From NCBI GenBank assembly GCA_010093815.1, contig ML996581.1: a DNA stretch of 64,000 nt. One strand, given 5' to 3'. Position 1 is the stretch's first letter. Every line of letters starts with the position of its first letter. Below are positions 21,648 through 33,685 of the stretch, piece after piece. The stretch comes from Pseudovirgaria hyperparasitica. Lineage: Eukaryota. Both the position numbers and the translations under genes were made by a program. The notes under the pieces were generated by a model that worked only from the letters and a program-made list of their open reading frames with translations, did no database searches and was not told where the DNA came from.

Positions 21648-24600
21648 TCACTGCGGCTGCGAAGGCTTCCGCCCAAAATTGAGCTTCAGCTTCGGAGTCT
21701 TAGTCTCAGGCATCTGAGTACTCTGCGTTGCCCCAGTTGCACCGCCCATCAATGCTGCCGCTGCGCTGGCAAATGCGGGCGGAGGAGCATTCGTTGGCGT
21801 TCGAACTTTAGTGTCAAACTTCGGAGGGCTCATCTTTTGTCTCTTTGCAGGCGGCAAACCGATGGCACCGAAAGCTGCGGCCGCAGCTGACGCAGTGGGT
21901 GGTGTTGCAGCAGTTTTACTGTTGCTTCGTTGTTGTGTGGTTATATGCGGAGGGGCTGGTGTTGAGGGAGGTGGGAGGTTATGTGAACCTGAAGATCGAG
22001 GTTTTGGAGTTTTCAAAGGTTTCGATGACTGGGTTTCCCAGTCACGAAGACGCTTCTTAGACACTTTCAGCTTGACTACTAAAGACTGGGGTGAAGCTTT
22101 GTGGGGTAGTGGGGATGGGCGAGAACTTATTATAGGAGCTGTAGCAGGGACAGGGAGTTGAGCAGGAGAGGAAACGGGCGGCGTTCGCACTACTGGGGCA
22201 GCAGTGCTTACTCCAGTGTCTGAAGGTCGTGTTGAGAATTTGATCTTTAGGGGCTTCGTTTCTGCAAGCGGCGAAGGCGCCACTTGGCTACCGACGGGTG
22301 GGATTGGTTCAACTGTTGGAATGATAGAACCATCGGGTATCGCGAGCTGTCCTGGAACTGATTGCTTTGAAGTAGGGATTGGAATCAGCTTTTTTCCTTC
22401 CCAACGTACTCTCTCGCTTTCAGTGAAAATAAGTCGGCCCTCGCCGGCGTATGTCACCCGCCAGTAGCGTGGCATCCGGACTTTGATGACTAGTTTGTCT
22501 ACAGTATCGTAAAGCAGGCCACAGACGTCAAGCAGATCTTCGATCTCCTTGACGCCGGTTATCGATGACCTCAACGCGGATTCCATGGCGGTCTTGAGCA
22601 CCTCATTGTTACCCAAATCTTGCTTCAAGCCTGATTTCGCGAGATCCAAAGACTTGTTGCGCTGTTCGACACCTTCAGGATTTGTTTCTGCAGTCATCTC
22701 TTGTTCTACCACGAATCCGACGTTTTGAACATTAGTAGGTCGGACCGGCCGACTTTCAATCGTCAGTTCCCCTGTCGCGAATTGACCAAGACCACGTCCA
22801 AGAATCTGATATGCTTGTTCTCTCACGAATGGAGACGGGTCGGCTTCCAACTGGTGTACAAGGAACTTCACAAATGCACTATTTCGGAGCATGCCAAACT
22901 GTGTCAAGCAACCCAGCGCTTTCAGTCGGACCAGGTCTGAATTGCCAGGCCGGGTATATTGCATAAACTCGGACATTCTCCTTGGTATGGCACCCCTGAC
23001 CATTAACTTCAGTTGGCACTGTAGTGCGGTGATCGTGTAAACATTCTGAAATGAGGGTATCCATTCGTCGCTTCGTTGGTATCGGCTGAAGAGGTTGTTA
23101 GCGCTTTCGAGAACATCCAGGTCGTCAATTTCAGCTTGTAGGTCGTCACTGTTGACTCTCGGGACGCGTAACGTTTCAGCAAGAGCATCCATAAGACCAG
23201 CGACGTAAAAGTTATCAGAGAAATCATTCTCCGAATTGTCATTGTCTCGCAACCGATCCAGGAAGAAGTGCGAGATATCACTCGGGGCCTGGCCGTTATC
23301 GTCCTTGATCCTAGCCATCGCTTTGATGATAGACAGCTTGATGATATACGCCGCACGATTGGAAAAGTCATTCATCCGCGAGACGGCACTACCATTGACC
23401 TGGTTGCAGAACATCTCTGTAAACGCCTTCTTCAAATGCGTCTTGCCAACGAAGTTGCAATCGTTCCTGGTAGTAGCGAATGTCACTAGAGCATTAGCCG
23501 CCATTGTCCTGATTCCATGGTAGTATCGGCTGTCGGCAAGCGTTCGAGTAAGAATAGTTGAATATAACGGTTTCAGTAGTCGGTGTGCCGCTGACAGCCA
23601 ACGAACAGAGTCGACCTGAGCTACGACGTCCTTGTCTTGTTGCAGTTGAGACACAAACATGTAGTCCTCCATAGCGACCTGGATGCGACCCAGCCATTCA
23701 AAATCTGCATCCATGCGTATCCATTCGTATGATTCTTGCCCCATTTTGTCCTCGTCGTCCTTTGGCCAGTCAACCAGCGACCAATCTCTCATCTCATCTT
23801 CAGTTTGAAGAACATCGCCTAGACAGTAAATGAGGACATCGTTCTCATTGTCTCCGCCGACATCGATTCCAGCAGCAGCAGCAGCTCTCTCCTTAGCCCT
23901 CTTGCTTCGTTTCAGACGCTTGTATTTCGTATGATATGGAATCTCCGCTTTCGTCGTCACATCTTTGATGTCAATGATATGCTCGTAAGGAGTACCATCA
24001 GCCTCATGTATACGAACGGTCATAGGACCGGTGAATACAGGCTGTACCGGGCCAGCATATGCTTGATGGTTCTCTTCCTTTACTTCCCGCATAAAATTCA
24101 GCGAGGTCAGGTTCTCATCTGGTGATGCTTCTGCTTGTTGCATCTGACTTTGTCTGATGTTGATTTCCACGTTCATCTTCTTCTTATTGAATCTTTGACT
24201 GACAAAGAACAACGGACAACCGGCGCCGTAGACCCACTGCCGGAAGAAGACATCGAGCTTCATATGGCCAATTTTCTCGCATATATGCATAAAGCTAGCG
24301 GTGGAGATTTCGCCGTTCTGAAGTGTACCAGTTTTTGCGTTCAACAGCATCCGGTGAATGCACCGGGGGACACCATTCCGTCCGCTCGCCTTGATAAGAC
24401 GTTGGTTGAGTATGAACAGTATGGCAGGCGCTTTGAGCTTCATGAAGTCGAGTTCTTCTGGGTCAACGAAGAGAATCTTTCCAAGGTCGTAGACTGAGGG
24501 GCGCTTCACATCGAGCTCTGCGACTCTATCGGCGTAGGACTTTTGACGAAACCTGTAGTCGTTCTTACCGAAGAGGGTTTGGAGGAACATATCAGTCATG

Positions 24601-26018
24601 AAGAGAGCGCCCCCGACGACAACCCACCAATCCTCTGGTTGACTTGGTATAACATGTACACCAATCCATTGATTTGCTAATGCATTTGTCAAAGTCCTTG
24701 TGACCGTGTCGAGCGAGTCGAGTATTTTCTCTGGATATAGAAGTCTTGTGCTGCATATTGTCAGGGATGCAGTATCCACAACTTCTGTAGTCGAATCCTC
24801 TACGAAGCAGACGCTATAGGTTCCAAACGGATAGGAACCGAAGTTTATCACGAAGTAGTCTGTAGCGCTGGGCAATGTCATGCACGTATTGCGGACTTCT
24901 TCTGCTCGACCTGGTAAGGCGAACGCGCTGACACGAATGGCGTTAGATCCCAGCATGTCATCCTGGTCACTCTCACGGTATTCGGAGAGGTCAATATGTT
25001 CAAAAGGACCAATAGCAAAGCCGATATGGTGCGCAGCAACAGGCTCGAGACATGAGAAGGACACAATCTTCTTTGAGGCATCGGACAGATCGGCAACTTC
25101 ATCAGCCATCTCTCCCGAGCATATGACGACCAGGTCGAGGTTCTTCTCTTCCTCGTCGAGGTCCATTAGGTCTGGTAGAGCTTCATGAACAGAGTCATGT
25201 GGGGATAGTCCATTCCGCAATGTAGTTTCTGGAACCCTCGGATCGGGGAGCTCGGATTTCGGGAAAGCGTCACCTAATGTCTTGTGACATCGTACTGATA
25301 TTTCCCACGGACACCTGGATGACGCACTGTCGACGCAGGGAAAGACACATGAGGCACGGCCTGGGAGTGCTGAGTTCCTGGTATATGCATGCGGGTACTT
25401 GCAGTCTCCATCCTCGATGCCAGCGAAATGGAGCCCGTCTCTTATATCTGCAAGCTGAAATGTGATGTTGACTCTTAGGGGCCTGAACAACGGGCCTCCT
25501 TTATCATCCATTTTCAACAATGTGGAATCACCTCCTACATTGCCGTCCACTTCATCTCCTCTGCCACCTGTAGTCCTTGATAGCAAGATCTCGGCGGCTT
25601 GAGGTGAATTTGGATCCAACTCTTCAATCTGCACCCCCATCGGTATATCTATGGTGAGTTCCTCATGTTTTTGGGCACGCAGCCGATCGATTCTCGCACG
25701 AAGAAAGTGATGCTGATTGACCGTGACCGTAGGATATAGTGAGAGCCCTGAATATGGATCCACATGGTCTATTGGCGCCTGTCGGCCTTCCACTGAAGCG
25801 CGAATGGACTTGCACTGGCGACAGTTCAAGCTTATCGTCTTCAGTTCTTTCATCGTAGGCTGAATGGTAATTTCCGTCTTCCCTACCATAGTACGTGAGG
25901 CGAAATCCACATCGAACTCCAACTTCTGCGAGAGAACTGTAAAGCCGTGACCGGGCTCAAGAATCTGCGCTTCCGCCGCCTCCACCTCCAACTCAAGGGC
26001 TTCCAGCACCCCAGGCAT
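21648..26018 (-). CDS. TAF2: TFIID subunit Taf2 (inactive M1 aminopeptidase fold), 1456 aa, single exon
   Basis: Aminopeptidase-like domains with a degenerate zinc motif (NALANQW); FFRQWVYGAGCP; FTGPMTVRIHEADGTPYEH; WIRMDADFEW; QLQQDKDVVAQ. Confidence 0.95.
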   Translation of the reverse strand: MPGVLEALELEVEAAEAQILEPGHGFTVLSQKLEFDVDFASRTMVGKTEITIQPTMKELKTISLNCRQCKSIRASVEGRQAPIDHVDPYSGLSLYPTVTVNQHHFLRARIDRLRAQKHEELTIDIPMGVQIEELDPNSPQAAEILLSRTTGGRGDEVDGNVGGDSTLLKMDDKGGPLFRPLRVNITFQLADIRDGLHFAGIEDGDCKYPHAYTRNSALPGRASCVFPCVDSASSRCPWEISVRCHKTLGDAFPKSELPDPRVPETTLRNGLSPHDSVHEALPDLMDLDEEEKNLDLVVICSGEMADEVADLSDASKKIVSFSCLEPVAAHHIGFAIGPFEHIDLSEYRESDQDDMLGSNAIRVSAFALPGRAEEVRNTCMTLPSATDYFVINFGSYPFGTYSVCFVEDSTTEVVDTASLTICSTRLLYPEKILDSLDTVTRTLTNALANQWIGVHVIPSQPEDWWVVVGGALFMTDMFLQTLFGKNDYRFRQKSYADRVAELDVKRPSVYDLGKILFVDPEELDFMKLKAPAILFILNQRLIKASGRNGVPRCIHRMLLNAKTGTLQNGEISTASFMHICEKIGHMKLDVFFRQWVYGAGCPLFFVSQRFNKKKMNVEINIRQSQMQQAEASPDENLTSLNFMREVKEENHQAYAGPVQPVFTGPMTVRIHEADGTPYEHIIDIKDVTTKAEIPYHTKYKRLKRSKRAKERAAAAAGIDVGGDNENDVLIYCLGDVLQTEDEMRDWSLVDWPKDDEDKMGQESYEWIRMDADFEWLGRIQVAMEDYMFVSQLQQDKDVVAQVDSVRWLSAAHRLLKPLYSTILTRTLADSRYYHGIRTMAANALVTFATTRNDCNFVGKTHLKKAFTEMFCNQVNGSAVSRMNDFSNRAAYIIKLSIIKAMARIKDDNGQAPSDISHFFLDRLRDNDNSENDFSDNFYVAGLMDALAETLRVPRVNSDDLQAEIDDLDVLESANNLFSRYQRSDEWIPSFQNVYTITALQCQLKLMVRGAIPRRMSEFMQYTRPGNSDLVRLKALGCLTQFGMLRNSAFVKFLVHQLEADPSPFVREQAYQILGRGLGQFATGELTIESRPVRPTNVQNVGFVVEQEMTAETNPEGVEQRNKSLDLAKSGLKQDLGNNEVLKTAMESALRSSITGVKEIEDLLDVCGLLYDTVDKLVIKVRMPRYWRVTYAGEGRLIFTESERVRWEGKKLIPIPTSKQSVPGQLAIPDGSIIPTVEPIPPVGSQVAPSPLAETKPLKIKFSTRPSDTGVSTAAPVVRTPPVSSPAQLPVPATAPIISSRPSPLPHKASPQSLVVKLKVSKKRLRDWETQSSKPLKTPKPRSSGSHNLPPPSTPAPPHITTQQRSNSKTAATPPTASAAAAAFGAIGLPPAKRQKMSPPKFDTKVRTPTNAPPPAFASAAAALMGGATGATQSTQMPETKTPKLKLNFGRKPSQPQ

Positions 26019-26673
26019 GACGCCTTCTCTCTAGCCGAATATTTGAAGCGAAGTTGCCCTCCGAGCTCTCATATCTAGACAGAAATAGGCCGGAGTCTGA
26101 GGTTATCTTCCACGTTGATGGTATTCCAGGACGGCGCGCAGGCGAGGACGTCGCGCGAGACGCGAGACGCTAAGGGCGCGCAGAGATCGGGGGAGGATCC
26201 GTATAGAGATTGCGAATGCTATTCTCTTCCAGGCTTTCAGAACAGTCAGTAGTATGACGTCGAGATGCTGTGTGTCGCGGGTATAGATGTTCGCAAGAGT
26301 AAGTTTTGTGGTGGGCGGTGTTTGCGACTTCCGCAGGAGTTGTCTAACTGATTGGGCATTGACTCGTTGATGCCTCATATGCCAGGCATCAAAGCTGTGA
26401 CGTTTGCGACTCGTGATGAGAAGGGGTGAATGGTCCAGGAGATTCGAGTGACTCACTATAATGAATGGCGAAAGAAAGACTGTAACAAGACTATTGTTAC
26501 ATGCAGGTCTGTGTTTGACATCGAGCAGAACAATGGCTACCACAATTGCTACAATAATGTGTGCTATGTACCGCAATGTTCCCATAGTGCTAGGCTTGCT
26601 TAAACGCTGGACAACAATACACTCCCTTCCACTATAACGCCACCAATGCATATACGATCCCAAAACAATCCAA

Positions 26674-28250
26674 TCATTTGACATTTCCCGTACTTTCACG
26701 TTTCATGCGCCGCTTTTTTCGAGCATGGTCCTTCAATGCTTCTGGCGTAAGATAGTCATGTGGTAAGGTGAATTCGGTATCTGCCACCTCAGGAACAGGT
26801 TGACCGAACGCGAGCGCTGTTCGACCGTGTCGGTGTGATCCGAGGGCAGATGCTCGGAGGTGGGGTTTGGCGAAGAAAGAAGTGAAAGGCTCATTCGATT
26901 CTGGCTCAGGCGGATGCAGATAGACGACTGGAGGGTGTGCCTTCGGCCGCCTGGCGATGACCGACGCAGAACTTGCCTCTTGTAATAGCTGATGAGCAGC
27001 AGACGCATCTATGTCACTTGAATTCGGAGCATCACTGTCTTCTGCCGGGGTTGTTGGCTCGTCATCAACTTCACTGTGAGCTTTGCTCGCAGCTTCCTCT
27101 TCTTCGCGAGCCAACAATGCGGCCTCTTTCTCTGCACGTTGGCGCTTTTCTCCTTCTTTCCATATGCGGAACTTGTCGACGAGAGCTTGGACTTCAGAGA
27201 GAAAGTAGTTACGCTTCGGTTCCCAGTCACGCTTTTCCCCATCGGTCACACCAGATATGCCCATGATGCGCAACCAGTCCGGGCCCTGCAGACCTTCGAG
27301 AAGCCTGTCGAGGTGGACCTTCTCGTGCATGGCTCTTTCCTTCTCAATGTTGCGGAGTTGTTTCTCTTTGCGCTCTGCTCGCCGGTGTGGCGCAAAGAAA
27401 ACCTTGTCATCGAGAGGGTCCTCTTGAGATGGGTCATGATGTGCATGTCTATACAATGTTGAGAAATCAATGATTGGAAAGTTCATTTGCGAGGATCGCC
27501 GTTCGACAGTGTGTGTCGACGATTTGATAGATGGGCGCCGTGATTTGGGCGACAAGCTTGTTTTCGATGGGGACGGAGTCATGGCTTGAGCGATACCGGC
27601 TTTAATCGACTCATCGGTTACGAGGATGGGCGTGTCAAGATCCAGGAATTCTAGCTTGGTGAGCTTCATGGCCATATCAAATGATGATTTCAGTGCGAAC
27701 CTGGTTCTCGAGGAGCGTCATTTATCACATCGTCGTAATTACTGAAGTATATCGCAAGATCGCTTTTGAGCCTAGATCCAGCTCCATGTGATCGTAAAGA
27801 TCGTTTGTCCTCTTTCTTTTCGGTGTCTGTGTTGGGCGAGAGAAGGCTCTCGCTCCGTTCATTTGTCTTAAGGGTCAATTGATGAGACGAAAGGTCATCG
27901 GCAACAATGTCAAGAGTTTTCCGTACCCCATTAGTCGTTTGGAGAAGATTCCCATGCGGTTGTGTGACAGTAACTCGAGTAGGTGGTCTAGGGCGCTCGC
28001 GTGCAGCGCTCTTGCTCACTGTGGCGGTGCTCTTTTTCGAGGTCGGTTTAGGGGTACCTGGGTTCAGCTTAAGTCGCTTCCTGGCGACGGATGTTGTTTC
28101 GACGATGATGGGTAATGGGTTCGGATTTGCAGCGCGACGCGTCGATGCCGCGGGCGTCGCGGCGAGACTCTCCTGGCCAGTAGGCGCGCGGCTTTCAGAA
28201 TGAGCAGAACGACCGGACGACCTCAACGAGGGCTTTGAGGTACTGTTCAT
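26674..28250 (-). CDS. SAS4: Something-about-silencing protein 4 (SAS acetyltransferase complex subunit), about 508 aa; intron 27651-27700
   Basis: Sas4-like core DPLDDKVFFAPHRRAERKEKQLRNIEKERAMHEK...LQGPDWLRIMGISG. A 50-nt GT..TAG intron joins two ORFs in frame. Confidence 0.8.
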
Positions 28251-28937
28251 GGCTCGTTGGACGATATTGTGTCATTGTTCTCGCTAGCATTGCATTTAGA
28301 CTGCGATCGGGACGGAGATGCTGGCTTCGGACTCTTGCCATTGCCTGTCGTCAGGAAAATGAAGCGAGCTGGGGCTTTCCGCAATTTGTGCCTGAGGCAA
28401 GAACTTAGCTCGCCGCTAAGATAACAATGTTTAGGTTGATGACTGCCTTGTAGCCACTGATGATGCGTTTTGAGATTACAAGCAACAAAGTCTTCAGATC
28501 TGCGGTCTAATATGATATCCAGTCCACCTTCCTATAATACACGATCAAAGCATAATTATATTCTTACTCGGAGCCTTGTGTACTGAACACTAATCAATTC
28601 TGACATCTCACCCAAGAGGAACTCCAAAACTTCCTCCCCGTCCTAGTCGATGGAGTACATAATAATCAGTTAACGTCGAGCTTGAAAGTCTTAAAACAGT
28701 AACGTCTCACTATTTAATGCCAAGGGCGTCACCTGCTGCCTGTACGTGGTATTATCTGGTAAGCTCAATGTGATCTACGCATATTCACTTATGGAGGTGA
28801 TGATGGATGAAATTTGAAACATAATGTAATCCATTATTGAATAATTGCGGTACTACGAAGTGCTTGGTTTGCTTCGTCGAAAGTGGTATCTAGCAGGTGG
28901 AAAGTCGATTTATGTACTGGAATGAATTCGACGGGTC

Positions 28938-29354
28938 TCATGCAGCAGCTGGGGGCGCGGCAGGCTGAGCTGTGGTGGGAGCTGTGGTGGGAGCTGGGGT
29001 AGCCGCAGTATCAACAGTAGCTGGGGGTGCACTGCCTGGCGGCGCCGCCGTGGTCGTCGCAACAATTTCGGTGGTTGCACCAGTTGCTGGGTCTTTTTGC
29101 GTCTCGGTGGTGGTGACAGTGGCAGTTCCATCCTTGGCCTTGGCTTCAGAGGTAGCTTTCTGCTTCCCCTCCACGATGGCCTTGACGCCGGCTCCAATCT
29201 CCTTAGAAAACATGCCGAAACCACTCTTCTTCGCAAACTTCTCAGCTACAGACCCGGCGTGCTTGCCAGCATCCTTGTGGGCCGCGAGATCGTCTGCAGT
29301 CTTTTTGTTGACATGCTTATCTTTCTGCTCCTTGAACTTGTCCAGAAAACCCAT
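28938..29354 (-). CDS. Hypothetical 138-aa protein with Lys-rich N-terminus and Thr/Ala/Pro-rich tail
   Basis: ATG at 29354 (MGFLDKFKEQKDK); strong coding-like codon use; a plausible 5'-UTR intron at 29395-29462 (GTATCT..GCTAAT..TAG). Confidence 0.65.
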   Translation of the reverse strand: MGFLDKFKEQKDKHVNKKTADDLAAHKDAGKHAGSVAEKFAKKSGFGMFSKEIGAGVKAIVEGKQKATSEAKAKDGTATVTTTETQKDPATGATTEIVATTTAAPPGSAPPATVDTAATPAPTTAPTTAQPAAPPAAA

Positions 29355-30550
29355 ATTGGTGGATGATTTAGGGATTCCAAGTGAAGAAAATACGCTACAC
29401 AGCATTAGCCAGTCACATTTTAGACCAAGTGATGACTGAGGCAGTTCTTGAGTCACAGATACTGGAGATGGGAATATTGACAAGTGCAGGTGTTTGGATG
29501 GTGACGGATATTGAGTAAAGCTATACGAGCAGGAAGAAATAGGAGATAGTCACCTTTGCCCTGGAGGATCAAACGAGGAAAGAAGTGCCGGTGGAATCGT
29601 CGTCGGGAGGCACAGAAAACCTTGGGGCTGCACCTCAGCTTTTAAGCCTTTCTACTGTTAAGAATAGACATCCTTAATATGAAGCGGCATGGGTAACTAG
29701 GGGATTAGCTTCCCGCAAGTTGCTATCACAGAGCGGGCCAGCCTCAGCCCCTCGCTTAATTAATCTGTAAACGGTATTGATAAACGCCGCTGCTACCATA
29801 TTCAGCGCAGCGTCTCTCGCAGACAGGTGAAGCCTTGCAGGGAGCTGGGCGACAGTGTCACTGCACTTGTGGAATACGAAGAGCCAATGGTTTCTTAGAC
29901 TTGTCCATCGCGCCTCCGCCGAGGTTGCGGTAGTATGGTGACCCGAGCTGAGCTCAGAAGCTGAAGTCAACAGTTTCCCATACCGAAAAAAAAGAATTGG
30001 ACAAGGGGTCGATCAGGTGCTCAAAGGACGTTTTCCCTATTTCAAGGTTGTTGTGGATCCTGAACACTACAATTACCTGGCAAAGTAGGCTATCTCATAT
30101 TTTGTTGTTGGGACAGCCTTGCGTCGTTTCATTGCCTCTCGAGCCGCCCAGATATCCCCTCATAATCATTGGCTTGGTAGAACAGTTGATGGTATCGTGT
30201 CCGCAGGGATGACTTCTCTTTTGTTGGGTATACAAATCCAGGTCTACACGAAGGGCGTTGACACACACATCAATATAACCTCCTCGAGTCTTTGATAGTG
30301 TGCAGCAAAGTGATAACCAGACTGCGGCGGCGATGTGAGTCTTGAAGCTGTCTGCTTTTGTGTACAACACGCCAAACTTCGGTGTTGAGGCTTGTTCGAA
30401 TCATGCCATGTCTCCACGACCTAAGTATCAAGAGTTCATAGTCTTTACGATGAGCAGTCCAAGATAGAAATGGCATCAAACAGTACAAGATCCGTGGAGT
30501 ACGTACGATAGCCCCTGCCAGTGCGTAAGGACGCTTTTCGAAAGCTCGAC

Positions 30551-31309
30551 TTAGGAGAAGAGAAAATCTTTCAGCACGGGGGAGGCTGAGAATTCTGGAT
30601 TGAGAAGGACACAGCTATGTGTAATCAGTCACAATGAAGCTGTGATGCGGTGAACACATCACTTACTTCAGGAAGTATGCCAAACCTATTCTTCGTCGTT
30701 CAAGAAATCGCGGTCGGAGTTTTGCTGAGTCGATGTCAGTGAGTCACAGTGTGGTATCATGCAGAGTATACATACATATGACACTCTTTGGTGGCATCTC
30801 AGGAAGGGCTGCTTCAGCAAGAGGAAAAGTCTGAACCAATTTCTTCCGGAGATCATCGAATTCGGAGTATCTGCTAGGTCGTCAGTACCACCTGAAAGAT
30901 GATACTAATGGTATGTCGAACCTTTTCCGAATGGTCATTGGGCCACCCTTAAGAAGCATGAGGGTTAGACATTTGTATACAAGAAATTCTGGTCTAGACG
31001 ATTGAGACTTACATCAAGTGTCTCCACAATACAATTCCAGACGACATATGCGCCCACACCGGGTAGATTTCCGTCGACCACGACATAGTCATCGATCGTC
31101 ACATGTTTGGCCCAGAGTGCTCTGCTAGATTCGGAGTTCTCCTCTGTATTATCTTCAAGGCGGATAGTCTGACCGTTATCTGTAGAGATTTGGCTGGTAG
31201 TGCGTCGGTGGGCTCCCCAGTATGGTGGGATGATGTCTTGAAGGCTGGATTTTGAGGGACTATTGGATGACGAATGCTGGGGTTCTGGGTTTGGCATAGC
31301 ATCGGCCAT
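30551..31309 (-). CDS. YPT35: PX-domain protein Ypt35-like, 179 aa; exons 31309-31013, 30947-30922, 30870-30776, 30724-30667, 30614-30551
   Basis: Spliced translation GAYVVWNC...IRKRYSEFDDLRKKL...LPEMPPKS...FLERRRIGLAYFLNCVLLNPEFSASPVLKDFL is a PX domain. Confidence 0.88.
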
Positions 31310-32219
31310 GCATGAAGCGGCCTGGCGGCAGATAAGAACCGTGCCGAGAAGATGGTGAAGTGAGGGAAATGGATAGGCGTAGCCAAAAGTGTCGCAGCGC
31401 GGGGCGGCGATAATGATGCGTCAATGAATATGACGGGAGTTGGTGCCATGGATCATGATACCGTCTGACAGTAGCGCTGTGGAATCAGGAATCAAGATCA
31501 GGGTCCATTGATCCACAACGGCCACTCTTCTCCATGCAAATCCGTCGGATGGTCCCCATTGGCCAGTCCCTCAAGCTCTCTACCACTCCTCACGCATCTC
31601 AACAGCCATGAGACGGCATATGCTATTGATGTTGTTCTATTGATTCTGAGTCGGCATGTCGACGGCGACTAGTAAGGTCATGATGTTGCTGCTGTGTGGG
31701 ATGCATACCTCAGGTTGAGCCCACTAAACATCAATCGAATAGAAAACACTCGGCAGACAACCATCAAGTGTCACAGGGCTACTCCGCAGTGATGTCTTTC
31801 CACGACAGGTATTGATTAGCTGCACAAAGACTAACTTTTACTGGGAGTGCCACCATATTATTCGGGACTAACTTAGTCTGCAGCTCTGCGACAAGGCGGC
31901 CAGTGCTTTCAATATCTCCCTGTAGCGCGCTCCCTGTCAGTGTCCGACCACTTCTTCTCACAGCTCCGTTTGTTTCTTCCATCACAACCACCACTACACC
32001 ACACTCGCTTCTGGTCATCACCGTACACTCGCTTTTCTTCGTTGCTCACTTGCTCCTTTTACTCTAGAATCTTCTAATCACCCTTCGAAATCTCTTCATC
32101 CCGCTCCAATTCGTCTTTGGTACGTTGTTCTGCTTTTCTTGCCGTGCCACACGGCTACGGACCATGCCACTCCGTGTCACGCAACTGACTTGAGAATGGC
32201 AGAACAAACGAGATTCACA

Positions 32220-32956
32220 ATGCGGACCGTAACCATCACCTCTATTGTACTTGCCTTGGCCAGTAGCAGCTTCACCCAGAAGACTTACAACATCGACCCC
32301 AGCTCGGTCAGTTCAAGCGACAGACAGTCCTGGTGCTTGAATCAGAAGACCCAATGCCCTCTCATCTGCCTTCAAACCAACAATGGCGAAAGTGCTACGA
32401 CCCGCTCCAACACTTGTGATCCTGTAAGCCCGACTGTCTTTGAGATACATGATGATCTGGTCCTCACAAATACTACAGAAAAACCTCGAGTACAGCTGCG
32501 TTTGCGAAGATGGAACATCTCCAAACCTTACAGAATACTCCTTGACCATCCCATTCTACGAGTGCCAGGAATTTGGCAACCAGTGTGTGAAGAACTGCGG
32601 GCTCGCCAACAATGCCTGTGCAGACCGCTGCCGGTATGTTCAAAGTCTCTCACTTTATGACCTTCAACTAACCACACTCCAGCGCCGACAACCTCTGCGG
32701 AGCTCAAAGTCCCACACTTTCAAACACTACCAGCACTGTCGGGCCTAAATCTACAACTGGGCCGAGCGCCACTTCTGGAGCTGCCGATGCAGATGCAACC
32801 GGAGACAATTTCCAATCCCTTGATGGAAGCGACAACAACCAAGGCGGCAACAATGGCAACAACGGTGGCACCGGAGCAGCAGGAGTTTTAGGTGCCAACT
32901 TCGGATTCGCTGTTCTAGTGTCTGGCCTGATCGGAGGCTTTGCCGTACTGTTGTAG
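32220..32956 (+). CDS. Secreted Cys-rich, probably GPI-anchored cell-surface protein, 210 aa; introns 32424-32478 and 32634-32682
   Basis: Signal peptide; Cys-rich domain (WCLNQKTQCPLIC...YSCVC...TIPFYEC...CVKNC...CADRC...CGA); Ser/Thr/Gly linker; hydrophobic C-terminus FGFAVLVSGLIGGFAVLL. Confidence 0.85.
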
Positions 32957-33685
32957 AGAGATTAGTGACGCACCTCAGGACTTTCGACTGGGAGAGCTCA
33001 ACGCGTCTCGGACGCGTCAAGACGAACTCCCGCACCTCCTTACCATTACCGCTATTTTCGCACGTTCAACTCAGATTTCTATGAACGCATATTGAGCACC
33101 GGCGTTGCTGTCGGGGCACCGTCCACTCCTTGTAATACTGGCAAAGCATAGCGTCTCACACTGGCATGGTATTCTTGCATGGGCAGCTGGAGCAGGCATA
33201 TCTAGACTGTCTTTTCCGACTATATCCTTCTTTTAATGGATTGATAGGACCGCTAATGTCGAATAATGACTTGATCCCATATTTGAATATATAAAACAAG
33301 AGCGTTCTAGGAATCTTCAGATCTGCTGTGATGGCTCGTTTGTGATGAGCACCGCCGTTCAATCTTAAATTATACGCCAGAAGCCGACCGATACGTTCTA
33401 AGTTCCGACGCTAGCATAGTCGAGCCAACCAAATGTCCGTAGAGCCATGCGAAATTGCTCCGCAATTTAATGATCTGGGCGATCTGATCGGTCGTTGCCG
33501 TATCGAAGTTCCCCTCGTCTAGTCTTTCTATACGCAGGGAGAAACAATAATGGACGAAGAGTCCCTGGAATCCGCGAGTAATGACGGACGAACGTCAAGT
33601 TGTGCGTACAAGGCGAGCTGTTTATACATTCAGCTGTGCCGCTTTCACATTTTGTAGCTGTACACATCAATCAGTATCGCAGCAG

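Noticed and set aside
26103..26699. 198-aa minus-strand ORF between SAS4 and TAF2
   Set aside because: Overlaps the SAS4 stop and covers its 3'-UTR and the TAF2 promoter; no domain-like features
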